Below, piece after piece: positions 1 through 9,964 of a DNA stretch of 64,000 bases. Made by a program: the position numbers and the translations under genes. Below the pieces are notes generated by a model. The model saw only the letters and a list, made by a program, of their open reading frames with translations. It did no database searches and had not been told where the DNA came from. Source of the stretch: Carpediemonas membranifera BICM. Lineage: Eukaryota > Protista > Fornicata. Positions within the stretch are counted from its first letter, which is position 1, and every line of letters starts with the position of its first letter. Location of the stretch: contig JAHDYR010000033.1 in the NCBI GenBank assembly GCA_019828565.1, positions 155,827-219,826 on the forward strand, given 5' to 3'.

Positions 1-1964
1 TGCTTCACTCCCCCTGTTTGTTCTCTCCCATGACCCTGCCCCCTTCACCGAGATCCATGTCTCTTCTAGTGTACTCTGTATTGCCCTGATGAGGTGGTCT
101 TCGACCCCCATTCCCTGCAGCTTATCTATGAGGATGTCCCTCGGGACGGTGTCATAGGCTTTCTCTATGTATAGGAAGATCGACGTGGTCTCCCCCTTCC
201 TGGTGTCTCTGCACGATGTATTGTATCTGTTGTATTACGTCCTTATCCGATTGGAACCCTGCTTGCTCTCTTGGGATGAGGTGCCATGTGGCTGCTTCTA
301 ATCTTCTCTTCAGGAGCCTACCATACACCCTATACAGTAGTGGTGTTAGCGAGATGGGTCTGTACGACTCCGGCTTCACTCTGGGCTTCCCTGTCTTGTG
401 GATGGCCGAGACTGTAGCATACTTCCATGTTGTCGGGATCTTGCCCTCCCTGTATACCCTGTTCATGAGCCTAGTTATCTGAGCGATCCCCTGGTCATCT
501 GTGTCCCTGAGCATGTCCCCTGTAGTGTGGTCCGGTCCCGGTGCAGTGTCCCTCTTTATCCTTCTGATCGCTTCTCGTATTTCTCTCTCCTTAAATTCGT
601 CCTCCCTCTTTCCATTGCCTCTATCCTTCCACTCCGGTTCCCTGCCCTGCTCACTCCTGCATACTGTTGTAGGAGGATCTTACCTATTTCTTCCTTGTTG
701 GTGGTAATCTTCCCGTCCTTCAGTATGCTCTCTGGCATGCCCTTGAACTGGTTTTCACACCACCATCTTCTTACCGCTGCTTCCACCATGGACCTGGATG
801 CTTTGTATCCTTCCCTTCGCGCTCCGGCTGAGGTCCTGGATCCACTCTTCCCTGCGTTTTCCCCAGAAGGCCTGTAGCTCACGCTTCATGATCTCACTTC
901 TGGTCTTGTTTCCCTCTTCTGTCCATGGTGTGTGCCGGAGTTCCGACCACACCTTTTCTTTGATGACCTCTTCCCTGTATCCACTGCCTGGGTGACCTGA
1001 CGGCTCGCCCATATCCTTCCTGATATCCTCCTCCCACTCATCCAGGCTCTTAAAAACGGTGCAGTCTTCTGACTGATGTGCGTTCAGCCTTCTTCCCTCA
1101 TGTTCCACACTCTGACGCCCGGTATGTCTAGGACTTCCTCTCTCTTTGTAGTCCGTTGGATCCGTTGTTCCCTCCATTCCAGTCTTATCATGTTGTGGGC
1201 TGACCCCCAGACTCCGAGTCGACTAGCATCCAGTACTTCTATCCTTGCTCCTCTGATCCCTGATGATACCAGCGCGAAGTCCGGAGTGGTAGTTCCCTTG
1301 GTGAGGGTACCTTCCATGGGGATCACTGCTCCCAGCTTATAGTCCCTGATCAGGTCCTTCCATCTTGCCATTGTGGCTATCCTTTTTGGGGTCGAGGTTC
1401 CAGTCCCCTATGATGATTGTTTCCATCTCTCCTTTCATCTCCAGAATGCTCCTTATTCCGTCCCTGAACTCGTCCTTCTCCTCCCTTCCGTGGCCGACCG
1501 GTGGGCCATACACGTTGATCACCAGGATGTCCCTATGGGTTCTGAGTATGCTCACCTGTATCCTCCCCTGATAAGCTATCTGTGATGCCTACGTCCCAGC
1601 TCCCTCTTGCTCTTGGGTTGATGATTGTGCCCACTCCTTCTCTAGTACCCCTCGTCCTGGGCGTCCGGCTACTGCTCCCTGCTATGCCCAGCTGGGCATC
1701 TATTCGGCGCTGGCTTTGGGCTTCTTTCTTCCTCCTCTCGTTGTCCATAGCTAGCTCCTCCTCTGTTTCCTTCCCTGCCATTGCGTAGTCGAAGTCTATG
1801 AAGTTGTGTACCCTCGTATTCGCCGTCCTCCACGTTTCTTGGATGCATACTGCATCTGTGTCGCTCAGTTTCATCCTTATAGCCGTTGCCATTGAGGCCG
1901 TGAAGTCCTTTCCCTTCCCGATGTGTCCCTCAGTGTTCAGGCTCGCTATCTTGATCGTTTCCAT
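1..1964 (-). pseudogene. LINE ORF2 (AP endonuclease + reverse transcriptase), multiply frameshifted
   Basis: APE: IASLN, CIQETW, INVYGP, IGDWN, PDFALVS, SAHNMI. RT: WKYATVSAIHKTGK, YRPISL, EQAGF, FLYIEKAYDTV (catalytic D appears as Y, codon 169-171), GVKQ at window edge. Confidence 0.92.
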
Positions 1965-2280
1965 TCTTGTACTCCGTCTTTCCTATCCTGCGAATTTTCG
2001 GAAATTCCCTGCAATCTGCCCTTGTCCCGTCACGGGGCCTTCGTGCCGGCTCCGGTTACCCATGGCGGGCCAACTATGGGTTACCCTGGTGACCATCCTT
2101 ACCTTCGGGCAGGGATACTTAGGAGGGGGCGCATTGGCGAGACCCCCTTTGGCTGCCGCCACAGCCCACCGGCAGTGCATTTCAGCTAATGCCGGACCCT
2201 GGGTGGGAGCCAGGGTTGGATTAAAAGAAAAGAACTCACAACTGTCACTATCACTCTCAAAGAATACCACTTTACCCTGC

Positions 2281-3183
2281 TTAATCGGTCTCCGTTGAGT
2301 TGCCACTGTCACTGCCATCATCGCTCTGGTTCTCGGTTGCCATCCCCTGTTGTTGCTGCATGGTCTTCATCACCGTTGACACGATCTGGGCCACTAGCTC
2401 CATCTGGTTTAGCTGTCTCGGCTTGCGAGACCTCTTTGTCCGAGTCCTCTTCTTGTGGCGGACTACCCTGTGCTCCTTGCCGGTACCCTGGTTTCCCTGG
2501 GTGTCAGCCGGTGCTGGGGTTGGCGTCGCCTGCTCCTCCTCCCTGCTGTCCCTGGCCCTGAGTGCGAGAATCAGCTTCTTGGCTTCATCAAGTTCCTTCC
2601 TGAGTTCGTCCCTCTCCGCGTCGCTGTCACTCGACTGTCTGCTTCCAGCCTCGTAACGGGCGTCGCCGTCGAGCTTGCCCCTCTTTCCAGCCCCTGTGTA
2701 GCTCACCGCCCTGTCCTTGCCACTCCTCTTGCCGGTCCCATGAGGGGGTGAGCGGCGTCTGCTCTCTCCGGAGTCTCTGCCCTGATCGTCCCTGCGCTCT
2801 CTGTCCTCATGGCGAGGCCCGTCGTCCCTGCGCTCTCTGTCCTCATGGTGAGGCCTGACGTCCCTGCGCTCTCTGTCGCACCGATGGACGCCGTTGTTTC
2901 TGGGCTCTCTCTCGTCTCTGAGGGTTCCGTCGGCTCGGCGGTTGTTGGTATAGAGGTCATCTCGGCCTACTGGCCCGACCGGCGTGCCAATCATCTCGGT
3001 GAGCCGTCTGATAGATCCCTCTATGCCCATGTCCGAGTAATCGACCGTGTAGCATGCTGTCTGGAGGGGGTGTATGGGTGGCAGTATACACCTACGGAAC
3101 AGAGGGGCTCTGTCAAAAATGTCCGATTTAGAACGTCTTACTCTGGCACCATGTAGCCCCCTTCCTGATGCACCTTTGAGCAC
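2281..3183 (-). CDS. LINE ORF1-like protein (R/D/E-rich repeats, coiled coil, basic patch)
   Basis: Position upstream of APE-RT; internal RERRD repeats at about 2787-2878; true start uncertain. Confidence 0.6.
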   Translation of the reverse strand: MLKGASGRGLHGARVRRSKSDIFDRAPLFRRCILPPIHPLQTACYTVDYSDMGIEGSIRRLTEMIGTPVGPVGRDDLYTNNRRADGTLRDEREPRNNGVHRCDRERRDVRPHHEDRERRDDGPRHEDRERRDDQGRDSGESRRRSPPHGTGKRSGKDRAVSYTGAGKRGKLDGDARYEAGSRQSSDSDAERDELRKELDEAKKLILALRARDSREEEQATPTPAPADTQGNQGTGKEHRVVRHKKRTRTKRSRKPRQLNQMELVAQIVSTVMKTMQQQQGMATENQSDDGSDSGNSTETD

Positions 3184-4000
3184 GTGCTTGGCCTGCGATA
3201 ATTACTTGGCGTCCCGTAAAGCCCAAAAATTAATCAAATCGTCATCAAATGCGAATTAAAGATGCTGATATTGCTCATGAAACGACTCTGCTGATCAGCT
3301 GGGACTCTACGCGGCGATATGGCATGGCAAGTCTCTACACTTTGGAGACAATTCGGTCCCATGGTTCCTACCTTGACCCACGTTGTCTCGCGCGCGCGAG
3401 GGACTCACTAAAAGGATATATCAACACTGGGAGCAGAAAAAAGGCACAGCGAGATGCAGGCGCTGTTGCTGAGCTCATTTTCCGGATAAGACCCGTTTTT
3501 GTCACCTCAACCCATTCATATTGGCGGCTGTTGCTTCGTTTTTGATCAAATCAAATGGAAACCAAAACGAGATCCGGGAAACGAGGATGAATGGGAGAGA
3601 TAGACACATCATAAGGTCTTTAATATAGTAATGCACCGTCAATGAGAAGTTCTTGGTTCCTGAAATGGATTATTGATCCCAAACGCTTTTCTTTGAGGAT
3701 AACGCACTTATAGCGGTGATTTCCACACAATTCATCCAAATACTGATCAAAACATCAGAACTGCAAGTAAAATGGGTATAGATCGTTTATCCACGGAGAT
3801 ATCAATTGCTCCCAATCCCAGCTTGCAAGAAAAAAGTTAAGGGGCTGTATTGGGGCTTGCACTGATATCTCTATATATGCCGACACAGTCACTGGGCTGT
3901 CCATCACTGAACAGCTCTAGCCCAATACAAAAACATGAGGGCTCGAAGTTTTGGCCTTCTCGGAAAAGGGTGGCGGAACGCTGCAACACTACAATGCTAA

Positions 4001-4069
4001 TGGACAGAGGGGAGGAAGTGGTCCACTGGTATGTCCTATGGGTCGCTTCTTCCCCTCTGTCCATTTTTT
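4001..4069 (+). other. About 25-bp G:U-containing hairpin followed by a T-run; second copy at 59441-59509
   Basis: tggacagaggggaggaagtggtcca pairs with tgggtcgcttcttcccctctgtcca; then T6. Confidence 0.75.
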
Positions 4070-4145
4070 ACACGATATCGATTTGCCGGATTTGACACAT
4101 GTTGTGCGATCTTTAACTCCTCGCGTCCAACCACCTCTCCCAAAC

Positions 4146-5146
4146 GATCTGCAAGATCGACCAGCCCCTGGATCACTTGGGCCTGCCTCCGTGCCCGGCC
4201 TGTTGCGATCAATGATGGTGATTACTTGCAACGAACGCGATCACCGGAAATTACCTTACCTTACCTTACCTGCAGGTACCATGGGTGTTCGTTTTCGTCT
4301 CCAAACGCCATGGTGTAAGAGCATAAAGTGCATTTTCTGTTTACTGTGCCGTTGGGGATTGATGGCGCTGGCGTAGGGGTGCTGTGTGGGCGCCAGGGAT
4401 GAGGGAGCCAAGATGAGGGCGCCAGGGATGAGGCGCCAGGGATGAGGCGCCAGGGATGAGGCGCCAGGGATGAGGCGCCAGGGATGAGGCGCCAGGGATG
4501 AGGCGCCAGGGATGAGGCGCCAGGATGAGGGAGCCAAGATGAAGGCGCCAGGGATGAGGCGCCAGGGATGAGGCGCCAGGATGAGGGAGCCAAGATGAGG
4601 GCGCCAGGGATGAGGCGCCAGGGATGAGGCGCCAGGATGAGGGAGCCAAGATGAGGGCGCCAGGGATGAGGCGCCAGGATGAGGGAGCCAAGATGAGGGC
4701 GCCAGGGATGAGGCGCCAGGGATGAGGGAGCGATGAGGCGCCAGGGATGAGGCGCCAGGATGAGGGAGCCAAGATGAGGGCGCCAGGGATGAGGCGCCAG
4801 GATGAGGGAGCCAAGATGAAGGCGCCAGGGATGAGGCGCCAGGATGAGGGAGCCAAGATGAGGGCGCCAGGGATGAGGCGCCAGGGATGAGGGAGCCAAG
4901 ATGAGGGCGCCAGGGATGAGGAGTACAGTATTTGAACCCCGAAAACGCCATATTACCAGCACCAATGAGCTTCATCAACGAAGATGCGCTCACTGGTGCC
5001 GGTTATGGCGTTTTCGGGGTTCGTCGATCATTCTGCTCCCAAATCTGCACCTGTATTTTCGTGAGCATGCCCGGGAGCTGGGCCAGACGAGTGGTGCCAC
5101 AGGGACTAAGCTCCGCTGCTCAGCCTCTGCCAGGCGACACTCGTCT
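4146..5146 (+). repeat. Direct copy of unit-1 right-end block (12246-12758) with expanded tandem array
   Basis: Near-identical to 12246-12758 apart from array length. Confidence 0.95.
4389..4921. repeat. Minisatellite of about 14-bp units (gcgccagggatgag / ggagccaagatgag)
   Basis: Directly visible; short versions at about 12488-12532 and 38700-38755. Confidence 0.97.
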
Positions 5147-5284
5147 GAATTCTGCACGAAAAAATTCAGACGACGAATGATGGGCAAAGGGCCGCGAAAA
5201 CGCTGAAGTACCAGCGCAAGTAGAGCGGTTTGCAATAAAATAGCTTACTTGCGCTGGTGCTGGCGTTTTCGGGGCCCTGAATTG

Positions 5285-5670
5285 CCCCGGGCGCTCTCCC
5301 GGGCTTCTCTCTCCCGCGCTCTTCTCCCCCGGACGCTCTCCCGGGCTTCTCTCTCCCGGGCGCTCTCCCGGGCTCCTCTCTCCCGGGCTCCTCTCTCCCG
5401 GGCGCTCTCCCGCGCTCCTCTCTCCCGGGCGCTCTCTCCCGGGCTCCTCTCTCCCGGGCGCTCTCCCGGGCTCCTCTCTCCCGGGCTCCTCTCTCCCGCG
5501 CTCTTCTCCCCCGGGCGCTCTCCCGGGCTCCTCTCTCCCGGGCTCTATCCTCCGGGGCTCCTCTCTCCCGGGCGCTCTCCCGGGCTCCTCTCCCCCGGGC
5601 GCTCTCCCGGGCTCCTCTCTCCCGGGCTCTATCCTCCGGGGCTCCTGTCCCCAGCGCTGTTTCCCAGGCG
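5285..5670. repeat. Minisatellite (gcgctctcccgg / gctcctctctcccgg), diverged inverted relative of the 4389-4921 array
   Basis: Reverse complement unit gagcgcccgggagagaggagccc resembles gggcgccagggatgagggagcca. Confidence 0.93.
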
Positions 5671-6141
5671 CTCTGCTCTCTCCAGCGTCCTCACTCGTAA
5701 ATGTACGTTGCTGTCTTGTCTGCTTGATCTGATTTCATTTAGTGTGCACTTTAGGGGATAATTTCATTGCAACGCCAAAATGGCGAGTTCAGGTTGTAGC
5801 AATGATCTGATGCGCGGAATGTACTAGAAAACATTGCAATTACAACGCAAAGCAGCGAAAAGCGGAGAAATCAACATCAATAACAACATCAACACCAAAA
5901 GAACAGTATCCCAAAGAATTGTGGGCGTTGCTGCGCCAAAGAGCAATAAATGACCACAAAGCATTCGCTTATGCACAATTAGCTGCCAGAAAGAACACTA
6001 CACCGTTACTTTGGATCATCCCAGTTCGCCGGAGATGACGCAGGTCCAGAACGCTGCCTTGGAGGGCTGGTGAAGCGGTTGTGTAGCGCTTACTCGCCTG
6101 GCCTTTGGGGCTCTCTCAACATCCTTCCAGACTACTGCATT

Positions 6142-6565
6142 GTCATTCACCGGAGGAGCAGGCCAGAGTCACTTGCCATCTGGCGCATCATGAGGAGATA
6201 TTGGAATGTGATGATGTGTTTATTGACTAAATGAGCTGGAATTAGGCGGGTTTGATGTTGCTTACATGTTCTGTGGCATGCCTGATGTCCAAAGATGTAT
6301 TTTGGCACAGTGATGTTGTTTAGTGTGCTCATTGCTGACCGCATAGTTATCTGACTTCAATGTGTCGTGTTGATGCCAAGAAATCGATGGTAGCTCGCAC
6401 GTTTGAGGTAGTTGCTTGTTGCATCGATGCAACGCACTTTAAGGATTAAAAAGCTGTACCCCATAGCCGTTTCCTAAGGCCAAATGCGGCCCTCTCTAGC
6501 GTATATACACGCGTGAATTGGGACTAGATGGGACTAGATGGGACTAGATGCAGTGTTGTGGCATG
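6142..6565 (+). repeat. Direct copy of 11833-12246
   Basis: Near-identical sequence; gggactagat x3 here versus x2 at about 12211. Confidence 0.95.
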
Positions 6566-6759
6566 CCCGGTTTAGCTGAATCCACAAATGTGGATCGGCT
6601 CGGGCTGCCGTATAGGTGGCCATGCTTTGAACTTATGGCTGGAGACTGATACAATTGGCAGGTAGTTGACTGCTACGGACGTGCTATGGACAACCGACGG
6701 TATGCCTGTCTGGGCATCAGCGCTGTCGTTCAGGCCAATCCACGTTTGTGGATCCGTGC

Positions 6760-6963
6760 AGTTTATGGTTTCTCGGCCTCCATGCAACAGCCCTGCCTCA
6801 CCATCGGTATCGACGTGTACTGCGGCAAGAACAGCTTCACCCAGGGCGAGGATAACGTCCGCCAGGGTCAGCGCCGCTCCGTCATCGGTATGTCCGCCTG
6901 GTACGTCGAAGAGCAGGGCCACCTTGAGACCGTCAACCGTCCCGTCGAGACCATCGCCCGCTT
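6760..6963 (+). pseudogene. Fragment of an Argonaute/Piwi gene (start of the PIWI RNase H domain)
   Basis: QPCLTIGIDVYCG...RRSVIGMSA matches the PIWI motif P..hhhGhDV.H....SV.Gh.A; strongly C/G-ending codons unlike flanks. Confidence 0.7.
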
Positions 6964-7413
6964 GGCGAGTAAGCGCTACACTACCGCTTCACCAGCCCTC
7001 CAAGGCAGCGTTCTGGACCTGCGTCATCTCCGGCGAACTGGAATGATCCAAAGTAACGGTGTAGTGTTCTTTCTGGCAGCTAATTGTGCATAAGCGAATG
7101 CTTTGTGGTCATTTATTGCTCTTTGGCGCAGCAACGCCCACAACTCTTTGGGATACTGTTCTTTTGGTGTTGATGTTGTTATTGATGTTGATTTCTCCGC
7201 TTTTCGCTGCTTTGCGTTGTAATTGCAATGTTTTCTAGTACATTCCGCGCATCAGATCATTGCTACAACCTGAACTCGCCATTTTGGCGTTGCAATGAAA
7301 CTATCCCCTAAAGTGCACACTAAATGAAATCAGATCAATTTGTGGTCAGCTGCGCCAAGTCGATGGCTTAGTCAGTGTTTGAGTCATTCCCACGACTTAT
7401 TTACTTCGTTCAT

Positions 7414-8730
7414 TTACTTCTGGTGCTTTTCCTGCTCTCTCTTCTCCATCAGGTCGTCATACTCGGCCCTCGTCAGCCTCACAGTTGTCATCCCGGCATC
7501 ACGGATGTGCTCAAAGGCCTCAACAGGCAGCTTCGGCATCCCGTCGTCGCTGTCGCTGCTGCTGCCCAAGTCTGACTCGCTCTCGTGATAGCGGCGAAGG
7601 TGAATGCGTCTGCTGGGCTCCCTGGTCTTCATAGAGTCATAGAGCGGAGCGAGCCCACTTCCATTGGTCCCGCTACGGACACCCTCATCGGTATCTCTCT
7701 CAGACATATCACACTCAACCTGTTGTGACTGAACAAATGACAGGTTGTCGACGAGGCTATCCTCGACATCGCTGTCTGAACTCTCCTCATCCTCCCACTC
7801 TCCTTCCAGCATCTCCAACCCGGCCTCATCGTCAGACTCCCCCTCCCCCGTGTCGTCCCCCTCGGGCTTACGCTGGTCGTGGAGCTGGACCATCCTAATC
7901 CTGAGCTTGTTGTAAAGCCAGTCATCGAGCGTCGGCGGCACCAGGTCGGCAGAGCTTCGGATCTCCGGGTTGAGATCGAGGATCGTTGGGCGTCGCGTGG
8001 TCGTTAAGTGACTGGACGCCAACTGGCGCCTGAACTGCTCATCGGTCAGGCTGATGCGCTTGTCCTTAATGACCTTACGAACCTTGGTCGGATCCCTGGG
8101 CCTGCCCGTCCGTCTCTGTGTCTCAATCACCCGCTTCTTGAGCTGATTGAGATCGACATGCACAGTGGGCGCATAGCGAAGCTGGTTAACACTCAGCCCG
8201 ACCGACTTGAGAGCCTGCGAGAAGGTGCTAGGCATCACAGCGGACATCGCGGATGGTGCCCCGGTGAATAGCAACCAGTCAGCGAGTTCCGGGGGAATCT
8301 GGAGCTCGCTCACATCAATATCGCGGGCTGATGTGGCAGTCATGCCTGTGTGGCTGATGATAAGAGCCAGCGCATTGTAGGGGAAGACTAGTCGGACAAT
8401 AGCTTCCAATGCGACAGGCTCAAACTGCCCAAGCGGCTTGACATTGTCTCTGCCGGAGTTTCGGAATGAGTTGACGGCACTGAGAGTGACAGCAGCGGTT
8501 GCCTTGCTCAACGATGCAGCAAAACCGGGCACAAGCGATCTAACCTCCTCGGACCGGATCACGGAGAGCGCTTCGTCCTCGGTACTCCCTCGCTCACGTT
8601 GTACGAATTGAACGAACCGCGAAAGGTTGTTTGCGGCCGCTTTCCGGGAAGATTTCTTGCTGATGGTGCACAACCAAGCATTCTTCACGTCTTGCATGCT
8701 TGTTTCCATCTCCCGCGGGCTTCCTTCCAT
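7414..8730 (-). CDS. Degenerate tyrosine-recombinase-fold protein with AT-hook and acidic tail (unit 1)
   Basis: Core-binding-like helices (LSKATAAVTLSAVNSF), ALALIISHTGMT (box I, R missing), GLSVNQLRY (box II, H missing), RTGRPR AT-hook, D/E-rich C-terminus; paralogue of 36899-38260. Confidence 0.6.
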   Translation of the reverse strand: MEGSPREMETSMQDVKNAWLCTISKKSSRKAAANNLSRFVQFVQRERGSTEDEALSVIRSEEVRSLVPGFAASLSKATAAVTLSAVNSFRNSGRDNVKPLGQFEPVALEAIVRLVFPYNALALIISHTGMTATSARDIDVSELQIPPELADWLLFTGAPSAMSAVMPSTFSQALKSVGLSVNQLRYAPTVHVDLNQLKKRVIETQRRTGRPRDPTKVRKVIKDKRISLTDEQFRRQLASSHLTTTRRPTILDLNPEIRSSADLVPPTLDDWLYNKLRIRMVQLHDQRKPEGDDTGEGESDDEAGLEMLEGEWEDEESSDSDVEDSLVDNLSFVQSQQVECDMSERDTDEGVRSGTNGSGLAPLYDSMKTREPSRRIHLRRYHESESDLGSSSDSDDGMPKLPVEAFEHIRDAGMTTVRLTRAEYDDLMEKREQEKHQK

Positions 8731-8731
8731 C

Positions 8732-9061
8732 GATATACGGATTTCAGACTTTCGTCATGCACAAAAATTCGAATCTCTCCAAATGCCCAAAACAGTGGTC
8801 AAACCGTGTTCAGGGGTACAAAAGAGTGCCATAGGCACGTTCTTGCATTTCAAAATATTCTAGAGGTCGTTCATAAATTCTCAGATGGCCAACAGTACGA
8901 AAGTCTGAAATCCATTTATCATGAGACCCGACAAATTTGAAATCCATTTATCGGGTGGATACATCACTGTAGAGGGTATTCATGGATATAGGTGCCTTTT
9001 CGGTGCCGAGGGGAGTCAACATTTGAGGTCGTGCAGGCAGAAAGTCTGAAATCCGTATATC
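8732..9061. promoter_or_regulatory. Operator-like repeats upstream of the unit-1 YR-like gene
   Basis: Perfect 22-bp inverted pair gatatacggatttcagactttc (8732-8753 / 9040-9061), extra copy at 8899, partial at 8938. Confidence 0.6.
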
Positions 9062-9185
9062 TCATCACTGCTTATAGATCCTGGCAGACAACGCCTTCCT
9101 GGCGACGTCTGGGGTGTAAGGATTCGCTTGCCTCTGTGTTGTCGCATCAGCTTCGCTGAAAACGGGTGAACTGACCCGCGCATTC

Positions 9186-9637
9186 GCGCACTTTACGCTC
9201 GCAACGAGATTGAAATGGCGAACTTAAGAATAGAAAGAATACTGGCGGCTTTAACGTAGTAGGCATGTGCACAACACTAAGAAACATCAGTTGGCGGGCG
9301 CAGAGCATCATTAAAGCAACAATTATCTCTAAACGACATCAAGTACCAAAAGTCCATCATGATCATACGATATGAACTATAAATGAACTACAGATCAGTA
9401 TATATGATTTGAGAGTACCAGGCATGGCCAAAATACCGCAATACTCGTCCTTTGATCCACGTGACCTCCATCTTGGTCGGTATCCAGAGAACCTCCGTCA
9501 GACGCTTGCAACGGAACATTTAGGGGGAGCATCCTGAATGGGGCCAGATTTGAGGGACCCTTGGTCTGACATGTCATGACCGAGTACTCTAGGGGCCTCC
9601 ACAGTGCGTCCCGAGGTACGTTAGAGCACCACAGACC
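9186..9637. promoter_or_regulatory. Conserved non-coding core, copy 1
   Basis: Homologous to 35987-36437 (inverted) and 46676-47080; 37 bp invariant at 9455-9491. Confidence 0.8.
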
Positions 9638-9964
9638 TTCCCCCAAAAGCTGACTCCTGGACCCCTTGGCCGGAGCTCGCCCGAAGCGTGCCTCGGCTTG
9701 AACTAACGGCAAGAGAGCATAAAATCAGCCCTTTCGAACCGTGTTTTATGCTCTGCTGCAGTTATAGAATTATTCAAAGGGCCCTCTCTTTGCGCTTTTT
9801 TCTGGTTCGTGGGACGAAGTAGGGACGGACAAAAAAGCAGATACGGAAGGTATTGGAGGTAATGAGGCCGCCTAGGTACATAGTTGCCATGTGGATGGTT
9901 TCAGTTTATTACTTTTGGCACTCTATGTCCATTTTTTTATGCTCTCTTGCTGATAGTGCCGAAC

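Larger units (their letters stand above)
1..3240 (-). mobile_element. Non-LTR retrotransposon (LINE, APE+RT), runs off window start
   Basis: ORF1 (2281-3183) followed by ORF2 fragments carrying APE and RT motifs in correct order on the minus strand. Confidence 0.93.
5724..7338. repeat. Foldback structure: 375-bp near-perfect inverted repeats (5724-6098 / 6964-7338) around an 865-bp spacer
   Basis: Arms are reverse complements with only a few mismatches; no target-site duplication seen. Confidence 0.93.

Noticed and set aside
4250-4275. (TTACC)4 as U1 5' end or tandem splice donors
   Set aside because: Simple microsatellite; no U1 structure or flanking exon evident
4389-5670. CRISPR-like arrays, or proteins encoded by the repeat ORFs (4256-4993, 5249-5761)
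   Set aside because: No unique spacers, no cas genes, eukaryotic context; ORFs are open only because the repeat units lack stops
7414-8730. Active Crypton-type recombinase
   Set aside because: Catalytic R and H positions are substituted and no nucleophile Tyr segment is visible in any of the three paralogues
9395-9712. Recurring ORF with DTDQDGGHVD (also 36046-36246, 46866-47102) as a protein gene
   Set aside because: Starts and lengths differ and the shared part is invariant at nucleotide level; better explained as non-coding conservation, though a micropeptide is not excluded
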